Of a stretch of 64,000 nt of DNA, positions 1-11,700 are shown in pieces; the first letter of the stretch is position 1, and every line of letters starts with the position of its first letter. This stretch comes from an uncultured delta proteobacterium (GTDB lineage: Bacteria > Myxococcota > Myxococcia > Myxococcales > Myxococcaceae): positions 96,001-160,000 of the forward strand of contig CAVYSY010000026.1 in the NCBI GenBank assembly GCA_963771175.1, given 5' to 3'. The notes beneath the pieces are model-generated. The model saw only the letters and a list, made by a program, of their open reading frames with translations, had not been told where the DNA came from and ran no database searches. The translations under genes and the position numbers were made by a program.

Positions 1-294
1 GCCCTGGCTACAGTCCGCATCCGTTGCACAGGTGCTCGCCACACAGGCTCTTCCAACATGAACTGGCCGGCAAGCAGACGAGCGGGGCGTCGCAGTCTTC
101 ATCCCCTTTGCAGGCTCTCTCAAAGGTGAGCAGCCGTCTCGTCTCGTCGGGTGGGAGCATGGGCACGAACCTGCGGCCATCCTCGCGTGTGGCGGGCGCG
201 TTCCATCCGCCCAGTAGCAGCCTGCTCGAGGCCCAGATCAGGGAAGCGGGAGCAGAAACACCCACAGGACAGCAAGCCGGGCACGCCACTTGAT
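1..294 (-). CDS. Cys-rich membrane-anchored/secreted protein, partial (runs off window edge; start reads ATC and one homopolymer frameshift)
   Basis: After repairing one C-run: (M)KWRARLAVLWVFLLPLPLIWASSRLLLGG...RLLTFERACKGDEDCDAPLVCL. Hydrophobic N-terminus then Cys-rich region. Paralogous 5' end at 2081-2181. Confidence 0.55.
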
Positions 295-562
295 CTCCGG
301 GCCCTTCGCTCCTGCTCCTGTGCGCATTCCGCCAGGCACGCGTGGAAATCCTTACTCCCACACAATGTCTTCGACATCCGCAGGCTGGCAACTGTCACGC
401 GCCAGTCTTCCGTCCTCATCCATGAGCAGGGCCTGGAGCACCCCCGCCTCGCCGCCCACAGGGCACCCCGACTCGAGCATCAACACCAGCATCCATGCTG
501 CTGCGTACACGCGGTTGATCAGCCGCTGACTTCTCGAGGGCCATGAGCCTAGAACTCGAAGC

Positions 563-2082
563 GTAAGACGTCCACCGAGCAACGGCATGTCTTCCGCAGG
601 AGGGCCGAGCGGCTGCCGGGAGTCCAGCAGCAGCTGCGGCGCGAGCAGGCCGGAGAAGAGACGCCGAGGCACGCCGACGGCAGGCACTGGACAAGCGCCG
701 CCAGCGTGCGGCCCGCCGGGCCGAGGCGCCCACGCGCGCAGGTGCACCACGCTGTCCCCGAGGAGCTGCGCGTCTGTCCCGGGTGTGGTGGGCGCGACCT
801 CAAGCCGCTGGGCCAGGGGCGCACCACGGAGGTGTACGAGTACCTGCCGGCGCGCTTCGAGCAAGCAGCTGCACGTACAAGAGACGCTGGCCTGCGCGTG
901 TGGCCAGGGCGTGGTGACAGCGCCCTCGCCGCGCGAAGGTGGTGGACAAGGGCGAGTACGGCCCGGGCTTCCTCGCCCACGTGGTGGGCTCCAAGTGCGC
1001 CGACGCCATGCCCCTGCACCGGCTGGCGCAGCGGCTGGAGCGCGGCGGCGTGCCCATGAGCCGCAGCACGCTGACGGACCTCTTCCACCTGTCCGCCGAG
1101 GTGCTGCTCGCCGCTTTCGCGTGCGCCTGTTGCAACGCATTGCCTCGTGCCGAGGTGGTGTGGGCCGACGAGACGCCCCTGCGCGTGCTGGACGTGAAGA
1201 AGACGCGCCTGGGCTACCTCTGGACATTCCTCACCCAGAACGAAAACGGCGAGTGGCTCATCGGCTACCGCTTCAGCATGGGCCGGGCGAGCAAGACGCC
1301 CAAGGAGGTGCTGGGCGGCACCACGGGCGCGCTCGTGGTGGACGCGTACACCGGCTACAACGCGGTGACGCTGCCCGACGGCCGCGTCCGCGTCGGCTGC
1401 TGGGCGCATGTGCGCCGCCGCTTCTTCGACGCGCTGGCCACCGACGCCCGAGGCCCGCCAGGCGCATGGACTTCATCCTCGTCGCTCTACCGGGTGGAGG
1501 CCCAGGCGCGCGAGGCCGAGGTGGTGCGCACGGCCGCCCACCGCGCGCTGCGCCAGCAGCGCAGCGCGCCCGTCCTGGAAGCAGCTGCGCACGTAGCTGA
1601 CGGAGCAGGCGCCGCGGCACCCGCCCAAGGGGCCGCTGGGGCAGGCCATCTCCTACGCGCTCAAGCAGTGGGAGGCGCTGAGCCGCTTCGTCTCGGACGA
1701 GCGCCTGCCGCTCGACAACAACCGCGCGGAAGGCGCGCTGCGCAAGGCGGCGCTGGGCCGCAAGAACTTCCTCTTCGTCGGCCACGAGGCCGCGGGCGAG
1801 AACCTCGCCGGCCTCTACGCGCTGGTGGCCACCTGCGAGGCCAACGGCGTCAACCCCGAGGAGTACCTGGCGGACGTGCTGCTGCGCGTGCAGACGCACC
1901 CCAACTCGCGCATCGACGAGCTGCTGCCGCACGAGTGGAAGCGCCTGCGCGCCGCCGACTCCTCCTGAGCGCTCCCGCGCTCGCAGCCCGCCCTGCTCAT
2001 CGCCATCCACCAGCTCGCGACCGCCGCCGAGCACGGCCCTCGTCCGCCCTCAATCACCCTCGGCACGTCGTCCGCCGGACGG
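563..2082 (+). mobile_element. IS66-family element, truncated/degenerate
   Basis: Left end begins GTAAGACGTCC at 563 (IS66 ends start GTAA). Right end ...CACGTCGTCCGCCGGACGG lacks the terminal TTAC. Contains tnpC only; no tnpA/tnpB seen. Confidence 0.8.
580..1968 (+). pseudogene. tnpC: IS66 transposase TnpC, 5'-truncated, with frameshifts and an in-frame TAG at 1594-1596
   Basis: Zinc finger CPGCGG, WADETP, GCWAHVRRRFF, DNNRAEGALRKAALGRKNFLF and C-terminal ELLPHEW, spread over several frames. Confidence 0.9.
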
Positions 2083-2181
2083 CGCGCTCAGTCCACCCAG
2101 CAGAAGCCAGCTCGAAGCCCAGAGCAGTGGAACCGGGAGCAGAAACACCAACAGGACAGCAAGCCGGGCGCGCCACTTCAT
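2081..2181 (-). pseudogene. 5' remnant of a Cys-rich membrane-anchored protein paralog, cut at the IS66 end
   Basis: GGAG RBS then MKWRARLAVLLVFLLPVPLLWASSWLLLGGLSAP. Aligns with 195-294 up to the IS boundary. Confidence 0.6.
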
Positions 2182-2311
2182 TTCTCCACACTACCGCACT
2201 CGTTGAGTCCACGTACATGACCTGAGTCGTAGAAAGCGAAGCGCCCGCGAACACTGGCCATGCACGGCCAACGCTCGCGAGCGCCTCAACGCTCAGCGCA
2301 TCGTCGCTTCT

Positions 2312-2629
2312 CTACGGATGCCGCGTGTGTCCTTTCGGAGCGTTCTCCACCAGGTCGCGGCCGATGTTGCGCCGGTCGCGATCCACCCCGTCATCGTCTC
2401 GCAGGCCGCCGCGCCCGAAGCGCCGCGCCGCCTCCGCCAGGTCGCGCATCACATCTTCTCGGGACTGGTACTCTTCCTGGGGCAGCGATTTGAGGACGTT
2501 GATGATGTCCATATACGCGCCGTTGTCCGCCGCGGCCGATACGAGCTGCTCGCGCGTCGCCGGGTAGTCCACGGAGTCGAGGTGCGGCGTGATGGAGAGC
2601 GCCGGGTCCTCCGCAAATCCGAATGCCAT
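2312..2629 (-). CDS. DUF2795 domain protein
   Basis: LDSVDYPATREQLVSAAADNGA...VLKSLPQEEYQSREDV, typical of DUF2795. Confidence 0.8.
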   Translation of the reverse strand: MAFGFAEDPALSITPHLDSVDYPATREQLVSAAADNGAYMDIINVLKSLPQEEYQSREDVMRDLAEAARRFGRGGLRDDDGVDRDRRNIGRDLVENAPKGHTRHP

Positions 2630-2804
2630 CGTGTCTCTGCCTTTCCGCCCGGGCTTCCCTCCACTCCCGGGGCTTGCTTCCAACCTGGGGACGGAATCTC
2701 GAGCGGGCCACCTCGCCACGGCCCCCCGGTCGGCGTCTCCCAGGCAGCCAGCCGGCCAGCGCCCGGGTAGACTGGTGCTTCCCAGACCCCTTCCCCTGGT
2801 CCCG

Positions 2805-4383
2805 ATGATCTCCACTCCCCTGCTCGTCACCTGGCTCGTGCTCGCCACCCCGACCGCCGCCCCCACCGCCGACGCCACGAGCGTCTACTCGCTGGAGGAC
2901 CCGGCCTTCGTGGACCAGGCATTGAGGGACCTGGAAGCCCTCGAGCACCACGCCCAGGGCCTGCGCGCCCTGCAGCAGCACATCTCCAAGACGCGCGCTC
3001 TCTACACGCGCAAGCAGGACATCCCCTACTCGCCCGAGGAGAAGCGCACCCTGCTCACCACCTGGGCGGCCTTCTCCGACTACTTCGCCTCGCTCGAGGT
3101 CATCCGCCAGCGCTACTGGGACTTCGTCAAGGTGCCCGCCCTCACCCAGGAGACGAAGCACGCCTGGGGCTTCCTGCTCACCCACGGGGCGCTCACCACG
3201 GAGCTGGCCCACGGACTGACGTACGCGGAGCTCACCAACGGCCGCAAGCAGCTCGAGGTGCTGCTGGACGAGCCCTCCGAGGAGTACGGCCTGCCCTCGC
3301 GAGCCTTCGCCCGCTTCAAGGAGCGGGCCATCCACGTCTCCACCGCCACCCAGCTCATGACGGGGGACACCTACGCCGAGCAGCTCCGGCCCCTGCTGAA
3401 GAAGACGGGCATCCTCGACGTGCGCCGCGCGACCTGGCTGGTGCCGGGAGATGAAGGAGAACTCCAAGGTGGCCCGGGGCAAGCTGCTCAAGCGCGGGCT
3501 TCACCCTCTTCGCCAAGGCCGGCGCGGACCTCGTCCAGGACAGCCACCGCCAACGCCATCTTCCCCGTGCAGCGCTCGGTGGCCGAGTGGATGGGCGACA
3601 CCCGGGTGAAGCGCATCGGCAAGCCGCTCATCTCCCGCGAGCAGGCGCTCGCCCTGCTGGCCCGCATGCAGCCGGGCGACATCCTCGTGGCGCGGCAGAA
3701 CTGGTACCTCTCCAACATCGGCCTGCCCGGCTTCTGGCCCCACGCCGAGCTGTACGTGGGCACTGCCCCAGGATTGGGTCACCGCCTTCGACGGCGACCC
3801 CGAGGTGCAGGCCTGGCTGAAGACGCTGCCCGGCGCCCCGAAGACGCTCGCCGAGCACCTGGCCCGCGCGTACCCCGCCAAGTGGGCCACCTACACGGCC
3901 ACGGACCGCCACGGGGACGCCCTCCGCATCATCGAGTCCATCAGCGAGGGCGTCTCCTTCACCGGCCCCGAGCACGGCCTGCACGTGGACTACCTCGGCG
4001 TCATGCGCCCGCGCCTCGCCCCGGTGGAGAAGGCCCGCGCCATCGCCCGCGCCTTCCACCTCCAGGGGCGGCCCTACGACTTCAACTTCGACTTCTTCTC
4101 CGACTCCACCCTCGTGTGCACCGAGCTCGTGTACAAGTCCTACGTCCCCTCCCAGGCGACGAAGGGCGTGCGCATCGACCTGGTGGACGTGGCTGGCCGG
4201 CGCACCCTGCCCGCCAACGAGTTCGTCCGGCTGTTCGATTCGGAGTACGACAGCCCCGACCGGCAGCTCGATTTCGTTGCTTTCCTGGACGGCCGCGAGC
4301 AGGAGCGGAATGCGCGGGAGGGCGACGTGGAGTCCTTCCGGCGCAGTTGGCGCCGGGTGAAGTGGGACATCGCCCAACATTGA
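2805..4383 (+). CDS. Secreted YiiX/YebB-like permuted papain (NlpC/P60) amidase, frameshifted
   Basis: Signal peptide; QPGDILVAR, WPHAELYVG and GRPYDFNFDFFSDSTLVCTELV (His before Cys, permuted order) across frames. Confidence 0.8.
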
Positions 4384-4402
4384 AGGCGAGGAGACACGCG
4401 CG

Positions 4403-4680
4403 ATGACGGAAGAGACTGGACTGGGAGATGCTGGAGATCGCCAGCAAGCTCTTCGAGCGGATGATTTCCCAGCAGCAGGCCAAGGTCCTCCGCCTGGCCC
4501 GCGAGGTGGTGCCCAACATCACCCCCGAGGAGCTGCGCAATCCCCATGACTTCCCGACAACTCAAGGAACACCCGACCTTCGAATTCGAGGACGGGCTGC
4601 TGTCGGGCCTCATCTCGGCGCAGGTGGCCTTCAACGCGGAAATCAAGGGCCGCCTGTTGCCCCCCGAACCGCCCCGGTGA
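4403..4680 (+). CDS. small hypothetical protein, frameshifted
   Basis: GAGGAG RBS; LFERMISQQQAKVLRLAREVVPNITPEELRNPHDFP...EFEDGLLSGLISAQVA; high GC3. Confidence 0.6.
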
Positions 4681-4734
4681 CGCCTGCCTGCCTGCCTTTG
4701 CCGTCCGCCCGAGCCTGGGTTAGTCCTTCCCGCC

Positions 4735-5592
4735 GTGAGCCTCACCTCCCTCTTCAGCCCGCCAGCTCGCCCGCGAGCGCCTCGTCTCCGCGCTCGCGGC
4801 CGATCCCCCGCGGCTGGACCTGGCGGCGCTCGCCATCGCGACGCTCAACCGGCCGGAGCTGGACACGGCCGGCCTACCTGCACACGCTGGATGCGCTGGC
4901 GGCCCGGGTGCAGGTGGAGATGGAGCGGCACGCGGGCCAGGGCGAGGTGCTCGCCGGCTCACCGCGCTGCGTCACGTGCTGGCGGACATCGAGGGCTTCC
5001 GCGGCAACGAGGACGACTACCAGTCGCCGGACAACAGCTTCCTGGACCAGGTGCTGGAGCGGAAGGTGGGCCTGCCCATCACGCTCTCGGTGGTGTACCT
5101 GGAGGTGGCGCGGCGCGCGGGCATCCCCCTCTACGGCGTGCCCTTCCCCGGGCACTTCCTGGTGGCGTGCGAGGCGGGGGACCACAAGCTGGTGGTGGAC
5201 CCGTTCCACGGCGGGGAGATCCTCACCGAGGAGGGCTGCAAGGAGCTGCTGGAGCGGGTGGCGCCGCAGCTCAAGTTCGACGCCCTCCATGCTGGCGCCG
5301 GCGCCGGTGGAGCTGATTACCTACCGGATGCTGTCCAACCTGCGCCGGGTGTACCTGGAGCGCGAGGACTGCGAGCGGGGCCTGGCGGTGGTGGACCTGC
5401 TGCTGCATGCTGGCGCCCAACCACCCGGGCGAGCTGCGCACGCGGGCGGCGCTGCTGGCCAACCTCGGGGCCTACCGCGCGGCGCTCAAGGACGTGGAGC
5501 GCTGCCTGGAGCTGTCGCCGGACGCGCCGGACCGGGAGCGGCTGGAGTTGACGGCCCGGGAGTTGCGCGACCGCGCCGCCCTGTTGAACTGA
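4735..5592 (+). CDS. SirB1-family transglutaminase-like/TPR protein, frameshifted
   Basis: GFRGNEDDYQSPDNSFLDQVLERKVGLPITLSVVYLEVARR, FPGHFLV, VDPFHGG, C-terminal TPR. Confidence 0.85.
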
Positions 5593-5596
5593 GCCC

Positions 5597-6160
5597 ATGA
5601 GACGCCATCCCAAACCGTGGCCCCGCCTGCGCCGGGGCCTGCGAGCACGACTACCACGTCCTCAAGGTCCGCCAGGACGTGGTGGCCGACCCCCGCACCG
5701 GCCACGAGCACCCGCGCGTCGTCATCGACACCCCGGACTGGGTGAACGTCATCGCGGTGACGAAGGACGAGCAGCTGGTGCTCATCCGCCAGTACCGCTT
5801 CGGCATCGCGGAGACGACGCTGGAGATTCCCGGCGGCATGGTGGAGCCGGGCGAGGACCCCGCGCGGCCGCCGCGCGCGAGCTGGAGGAGGAGACGGGCT
5901 ACGTGCCGGGCCGGGTGGTGACGCTCGGGCAGGTGCACCCCAACCCCGCCATCCAGAGCAACCGCTGCCACAGCTACCTCGCGCTCGACTGCGTGAAGGC
6001 GCACGAGGGCCAGCAGGACGCGGGCGAGGACATCGCCGTGGAGCTGCACCCGCGCTCGGCGGTGCCCCAGCTCATCCAGAGCGGCGCCATCACCCACTCG
6101 CTGGTGGTGGTGGCCTTCTTCCTGGAGCGCCTGCGCGCCGAGGCCCAGGGCACCCGCTGA
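5597..6160 (+). CDS. NUDIX hydrolase (ADP-ribose pyrophosphatase-like), frameshifted
   Basis: RQYRFG, EIPGGMVEPGE...AARELEEETGY Nudix box split across frames. Confidence 0.9.
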   Translation: MRRHPKPWPRLRRGLRARLPRPQGPPGRGGRPPHRPRAPARRHRHPGLGERHRGDEGRAAGAHPPVPLRHRGDDAGDSRRHGGAGRGPRAAAARELEEETGYVPGRVVTLGQVHPNPAIQSNRCHSYLALDCVKAHEGQQDAGEDIAVELHPRSAVPQLIQSGAITHSLVVVAFFLERLRAEAQGTR

Positions 6161-6279
6161 AATTGTCGGGTGTCACCCGCGTTTGACGGCGGCGTCACGC
6201 AGGTGACCCCTCACTGCCGGGGGGGCCGGTGACACGGAATCGGGGCGGGATTAGCCTCTGCCCCCGAGGTGAGCTCGCC

Positions 6280-8607
6280 ATGGCGGAAAGCCTGACGCAT
6301 CCACTCGAGGAGCCCCTGCCGCGGCCTCCGCTGGCCCTGCCCCCCGATGCCGGCCACGAGGCCGCGCGTCTCCACGAGAGCGCCAGCCCCCGCGTCTCCC
6401 TTCCGGACATCCTCCCCGACGAGGACGTGTTCGCCTACGTGCGGCGCGTGCGCGGCGCCTTCGAGCCCCGGCTGTACCAACAGGTCGTTGGTGCCGCGAA
6501 TGAGCTCAAGGAGGGGGACGTGACCATCGGCGTCGCCGCGGCCGACGAGGCGTCCCGCCGCAACGCCCGGGCCCTGCTCGCGCACACGCGGCTCGGCGAC
6601 CTCGACGCCACCCGCTGGTGGAGGACGGCTGTACTGCGTGCATGCAGGGGGCGCTCGACGCCTCGGCGCAGGCGCGCACCGCGGGCTGGACGCTGGGCGA
6701 GCTCAAGGCCTTCCTGCTGTCGGCGAGCGAGGAGGAGATCCACGAGCCGTCAAGGACGGGCTGACCAGCGACGCGATCGGCTGCGTGGTGAAGCTGATGA
6801 GCAACGAGGAGCTCGCCGCCGTCGGGCGCAAGGTGTTCAACCCGCTGCCCGGCAGCAAGGTGGGCGCGGGGCTACCTGGGCGCGCGGATCCAGCCCAACT
6901 CGCCGACCGACCACCCGGACGACATCCGCTGGCAGGTCTTCGACGGTTGGTGTTTCGCGGTGGGCGACGTGGTGCTCGGCACCAACCCCGTGTCCTCGAG
7001 CGCCCGAGTCGGTGGCCGCCGTCGAGTCCGCCCTGCACGACATCCTGGTGACGTTCGGGCTCGCAGGACGTCCTGCCGCACTGCGTGCTCGCGCACGTCG
7101 ACGTGCAGGCGGAGGTCGAGGCGATGCAGCCGGGCACCACGGGCATCTGGTTCCAGAGCCTCGCCGGCAGCGACGGCCGCCAACGCGCACCTTCGACGTG
7201 ACCCTGGAGAAGATGCTGGCCCACGCCGCCGCGCGCACCGGGCGCTAGGGCCTGTACTTCGAGACGGGCCAGGGCGCCGACTTCACCAACGGACAGCGGC
7301 CAGGGCGTCGACATGGTGATGCACGAGTCGCGCAAGTACGGCTTCGCCCGCGCTGCTGACCCAGCGCGTCGCCGCCGCGCAGGCCCGCGCCGGGCACGAG
7401 GCCGCCCCGTGGGTCATCGTCAACGACGTGGCCGGCTTCATCGGCCCCGAGGTGTTCCGCACCCGCGAGCAGCTCGTGCGCTGCTGCCTCGAGGACATCG
7501 TCATGGGCAAGCTGCACGGCCTGACCATCGGCCTGGACGTCTGCTCGACCCTGCACATGGACGTCTCGCTGGACGACCTGGACTGGTGCCTGGAGCAGAT
7601 CGTGCCGGCCAACCCCGGCTACCTCATGGCGCTGCCGACCAAGAACGATCCGATGCTCAGCTACCTGACCACGGCCTTCCAGGACCACGTCCGGCTGCGC
7701 GAGACGTTCGGCTACAAGGTGGACGACCGGATGTGGGCCTTCTTCCAGCGGCTCGGCGTCATCGACGCACAGGGACGCCCCACCGAGCACTTCGGCGACC
7801 CCGCCTGGGTCTACCTGCAGTACCGCCGCCACAAGGGCGACACCCGGCCGGACGCCGACGTGCTCGCCGAGGCCGCACGGCAGATGGCCGAGGTGCGCGC
7901 CCGCGGGCGTCCCGCTCGCCGAGGGCCACGGCGCGAAGCCGTGGGACCTGGAGCCCACGCTCGACCGGGAGATCCGCGGGCTCTACGACGACGCCAAGGC
8001 CGGCCTCTGGTCCGACCTCTCCCCGGACTTCGTCGCGACGCTTCCCGACGCCGTGCGCCTGCGCACCCGCGCCGACCAACCGCCGCGACTACATCCTCCA
8101 CCCGCCCTCGGGCGAGCAGTTGGACCCCGCCTCCGAGCACCTCCTGGAGTCGCTGCGCGCGCGCCACGCCGGCCGGTACGACGTGCAGCTCGTCATCTCG
8201 GACGGGCTGAACGCGCGCTCCCTCATGGACGAGGGCCACCTGCGCCCCTTCCTCACCGCGCTGCGCGCCCGGCTGGAGGCCGCCGGCCACCGCGTGGCCC
8301 CCGAGCACCTCGTGCTGTCGCTGGGCGCGTGCGCGCCGGCTACCGCGCCGGGGAGATCCTCTTCGGGGACTCGACGGCGGAGGGGCCCCGAGCGCTCATC
8401 CACGTCATCGGCGAGCGCCCCGGCTCCGGACACCACAGCTTCTCCGCCTACGTCACCGCGCCTCTGGCCCGCGTCTGGGCGAAGCCGGGCACGGTGGACC
8501 ACAACATCACCCGCGTGGTGGCGGGCATCTCCGACACCAGCCTGCGGCCCGAGACCGCGGCGACGGAGGTGGCGCGCCTCCTCGGCGAGCTCACCTCCGC
8601 GTCCTGA
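6280..8607 (+). CDS. eutB: Ethanolamine ammonia-lyase, apparent EutB-EutC fusion (multiple frameshifts, in-frame TAG at 7246-7248)
   Basis: EutB motifs RIQPNSPTDH, YFETGQGAD, NDVAGFIGPE, EDIVMGKLHGLTIGLDVCST, DPMLSYLTTAFQD, followed by EutC motifs VQLVISDGLNA, GRVRAG and IGERPG. Confidence 0.8.
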
Positions 8608-8610
8608 GCC

Positions 8611-9598
8611 TCAGCGGGCCAGGGAGCGGATCCACGCGTCGATGCGCTCCCAGCCCTCCACCCGGCTGTAGTGACCGTTGAAGACGTGCCCGGTGTGGGA
8701 GATGCGGGTCCACCCACACGCGCGGCGAGTGGGGGTACGCCTGGGCCTCGGTCGCGGCGTTGGCGGCCGGCGCCATCAGGTCGTTGTCCCCGAGCTGCAC
8801 CATCACCGGCACGGTGAGCGCCTGGGTCGGGATGAGCTGCGGATAGGCCAGCATCGTCAGCAGGTCGATCATCTGGCCGCGCGACACCACGTCCGAGATG
8901 ACCTCGTTGTCGTAGGCGATGACCGCCGGATCCGCGTTCGCCGCGTCGTAGAAGAGGGCACCGCGCATCTCGCCAGGGAGGCGGATGTAGGGGCCCTGCT
9001 GCAGGACGGCCCCGATGGCGCCCGGGTCCACCGGCACCGAGTGCAAGGTGTTCAGCCAACCCGTCATCACCACCGCCTGCGCGTCGCCGTACAGCGCCTG
9101 CGCGAAGGTGGAGATGAGCGCCCCGTTCGAGTGCCCCACGTAGACGAGCGTCTCGAAGGTGTTCTTCTCCGCCGTGGCCCGGAGCTGCGAGGCCACCTGG
9201 TGCAGGGCGCTCGCCGACTCCGCCAGGTTGAGGAAGTCCCCATCGGGCTTGTCGCTCTCTCCGGCGCCCGGCAGATCCAACGCGAGCACCGCGTAGTGCT
9301 GGCGGGCCATGTAGCGCGCGTACGAATAGTCCTGGCCGTCGATCTCCGGCAGGTCCCAGTACCCGTGGTTGTAGGTGATGCCGTGGGTGAGGATCTGCAC
9401 CGGCCGGTTCTTCAGGCTGCCCTGGTAGTAGAGGTAGCCCACCACCGAGTAGGTGCCCCCATCGGACAGGCGGACCGGGAACACCCGGCGCTCCACCTTC
9501 ACGTCCCGTGGCCCCTTCGCCTCGGCCGTCCCCGGCAGAGCGAGCACCGCCCACAGCACCAACGCCACCCAGGCTCCCACGATACGCATCGTCCTCAT
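8611..9598 (-). CDS. secreted alpha/beta hydrolase (frameshift near 3' end)
   Basis: Signal peptide ending AEA; HGITY oxyanion region; GHSNG nucleophile elbow; C-terminal GHVFNGH. Confidence 0.85.
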
Positions 9599-9842
9599 GG
9601 CCCCACCTCCAAGCACTTCTTTACTGTAAAGTTTTACAGACATCAAAAACACCGGAGAGGGCCTGATATTCTGGGTTGTCCGGCAGATCCAATGAAAATA
9701 TCTTTTCACGGAAAGCACAAGACACCGGGGAGGAGCAAGACTCCGAGTGAGAGGGCTCGAGTCCGGGGTGGGCAACGCCGCCGCCCGTGCGCGCGGGAGA
9801 TCTGCCACGATGGCTCGCCTAGGACCCGGAGGGGACGCAGGC

Positions 9843-10645
9843 GTGAGGAATGACGACTCGGTGAAGGCCCGGCTGGAGCGGATGGAGCTGCCATTCAACG
9901 CGTACGGGGTGGATCCCGTACGGCGTGTCCAAGTGGCACCTGAGCGTCTTCTTCGAGGTGATGTCCTTCTTCTACCGGCAGCTACTTCCGGGTGAAGTGC
10001 CACGGCATCGAGCACGTCCCGGCGCGCGGGAGGGCCATGCTGGTGGGCAACCACTCGGGCGGGGTGGCGGTGGACGGGGCCATGGTCATCACCTCGTGCT
10101 TCCTGGAGATGGAGCCGCCGCGGCTGGCGCAGGGCATGGCGGAGAAGTTCATCAACGCCATGCCGGTGGCCTCCACGTGGACCAGCCGCTGCGGCCAGTT
10201 CCCCGGCCTGCCCGAGCACGCGGTGCGCCTGCTGGAGGAAGACCGGCTGCTGATGGTCTTCCCGGAAGGCGCTCGCGGCACCGCGAAGCTCTACCCGCAG
10301 CGCTACGACCTGGTGGATTTCGGCACGGGCTTCATGCGCCTGGCGCTGAAGACGCGCTCGCCCATCGTCCCGTTCGGCTTCCTCGGGGGCGGGGCCGCCA
10401 TCCCCACGGTGGCCAACCTCTACCGACTGGGCAAGCTGCTCGGGGTGCCCTACGTCCCCGTCACCCCCTACCTGCTGCCCCTCCCCCTCCCCGTCCCGCT
10501 GGAAATCCACTATGCCGAGCCGATGCTCTTCGAGGGCACGGGCAACGAGGATGACTCGGTCATCCAGGGCTACGTGGAGCAGGTGAAGGCGCGCATCGCG
10601 GACATCATCGATCGGCGCCGTCACGAGCGCTGGGAAGGGCGTTGA
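9843..10645 (+). CDS. lysophospholipid/glycerol acyltransferase (PlsC/DGAT2-like), frameshifted
   Basis: NHSGGVAVD (HxxxxD), [18 protein letters not shown]. Start is approximate. Confidence 0.85.
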
Positions 10646-10648
10646 GCC

Positions 10649-11626
10649 ATGAGGGTCCTCATCCTCGGCATTGGTGGAGCGGTGGCGCAGCGGGTGGCAC
10701 TGACGCTGCGGGACCAGGGTCACGCGGTCATGGGCATCGACACGCGGCCGTGGGAGGACGCGCCCGCGGACATCGAGGTGCACGAGGTGGACCTGCGCAA
10801 GCGGGCGGCGGAGGACGTCTTCCGCACGCGGCGCCCCGAGGTGGTGGTGCACATGGCCACCGTGACGTCGCTGCGCGTGCAGGGCGAGGAGCGCCACCGC
10901 ATCAACCTGGGCGGCACGCGCGTGGTGTTCGAGCACTGCCGCACCTACGGGGTGAAGCACGCCATCTTCGTGGGCCGGCACACCTTCTACGGGGCGGCCT
11001 CGGACTCGGCGCTGTACCACACCGAGGACGAGCCCCCGAAGGAGCTGGCCTCCTTCCCGGAGCTGGCGGACCTGGTGGCCGCGGACCTCTACGCCTCCAC
11101 CGCGCTGTGGCGCTACCCGGAGCTGACCACCTCGGTGCTGCGCGTGTGCTACACGCTCGGGCCCTCGGCGCAGGGCACGCTGGCCACCTTCCTGCGCGGC
11201 CGGCGCGTGCCCATGGTGGCGGGGTATGATCCGCTCTTCCAGTTCATGCACGAGGACGACGTGGCGGCGGCCATCGCGCTCACGGTGGAGAAGCGCACCC
11301 GCGGCGTCTTCAACGTCGCGGGACCGCAGCCGCTGCCGCTCTCCGTCATCATCCGCCAGGCCCAGCGCCAGCCGGTGCCACTGCCCATGATGGTGCTGCG
11401 CCAGCTCCTCGGCCGCTTCGGACTGCCGCGACTGCCGCCCGGGGCGCTCTACCACCTGCAGTACCCCATCGTGGTGGACGCGCGAGCCTTCCAGACCGCC
11501 ACCGGCTTCACCTACCGCCACGACGAGGTCCAGACCATCCAGTCCTTCCTGGAGGCCCACCCGCCTCCGCGCCCGCGGCGGGAGGAGCTGTTCGACCGGC
11601 TGGAGGCGCTCGGGGTGCTGAAGTAG
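10649..11626 (+). CDS. NAD-dependent epimerase/dehydratase (extended SDR)
   Basis: N-terminal Rossmann-like [35 protein letters not shown]. Confidence 0.85.
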   Translation: MRVLILGIGGAVAQRVALTLRDQGHAVMGIDTRPWEDAPADIEVHEVDLRKRAAEDVFRTRRPEVVVHMATVTSLRVQGEERHRINLGGTRVVFEHCRTYGVKHAIFVGRHTFYGAASDSALYHTEDEPPKELASFPELADLVAADLYASTALWRYPELTTSVLRVCYTLGPSAQGTLATFLRGRRVPMVAGYDPLFQFMHEDDVAAAIALTVEKRTRGVFNVAGPQPLPLSVIIRQAQRQPVPLPMMVLRQLLGRFGLPRLPPGALYHLQYPIVVDARAFQTATGFTYRHDEVQTIQSFLEAHPPPRPRREELFDRLEALGVLK

Positions 11627-11700
11627 CGGTGCTCCAGGGCTCGCGCTCCGGACCCCATCCCGGCTAGCCTCCTGGCGCAATCTCGACTCAGGGGGATTCG

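Noticed and set aside
1594..1596. In-frame TAG codons in tnpC (1594), eutB (7246) and the membrane protein (35981) as possible amber/pyrrolysine recoding
   Set aside because: Each is one substitution from TGG or TAC, in genes that also have indels. They are not at recognised catalytic positions, no pyl genes are in the window, and TAG is a normal stop for many genes here.
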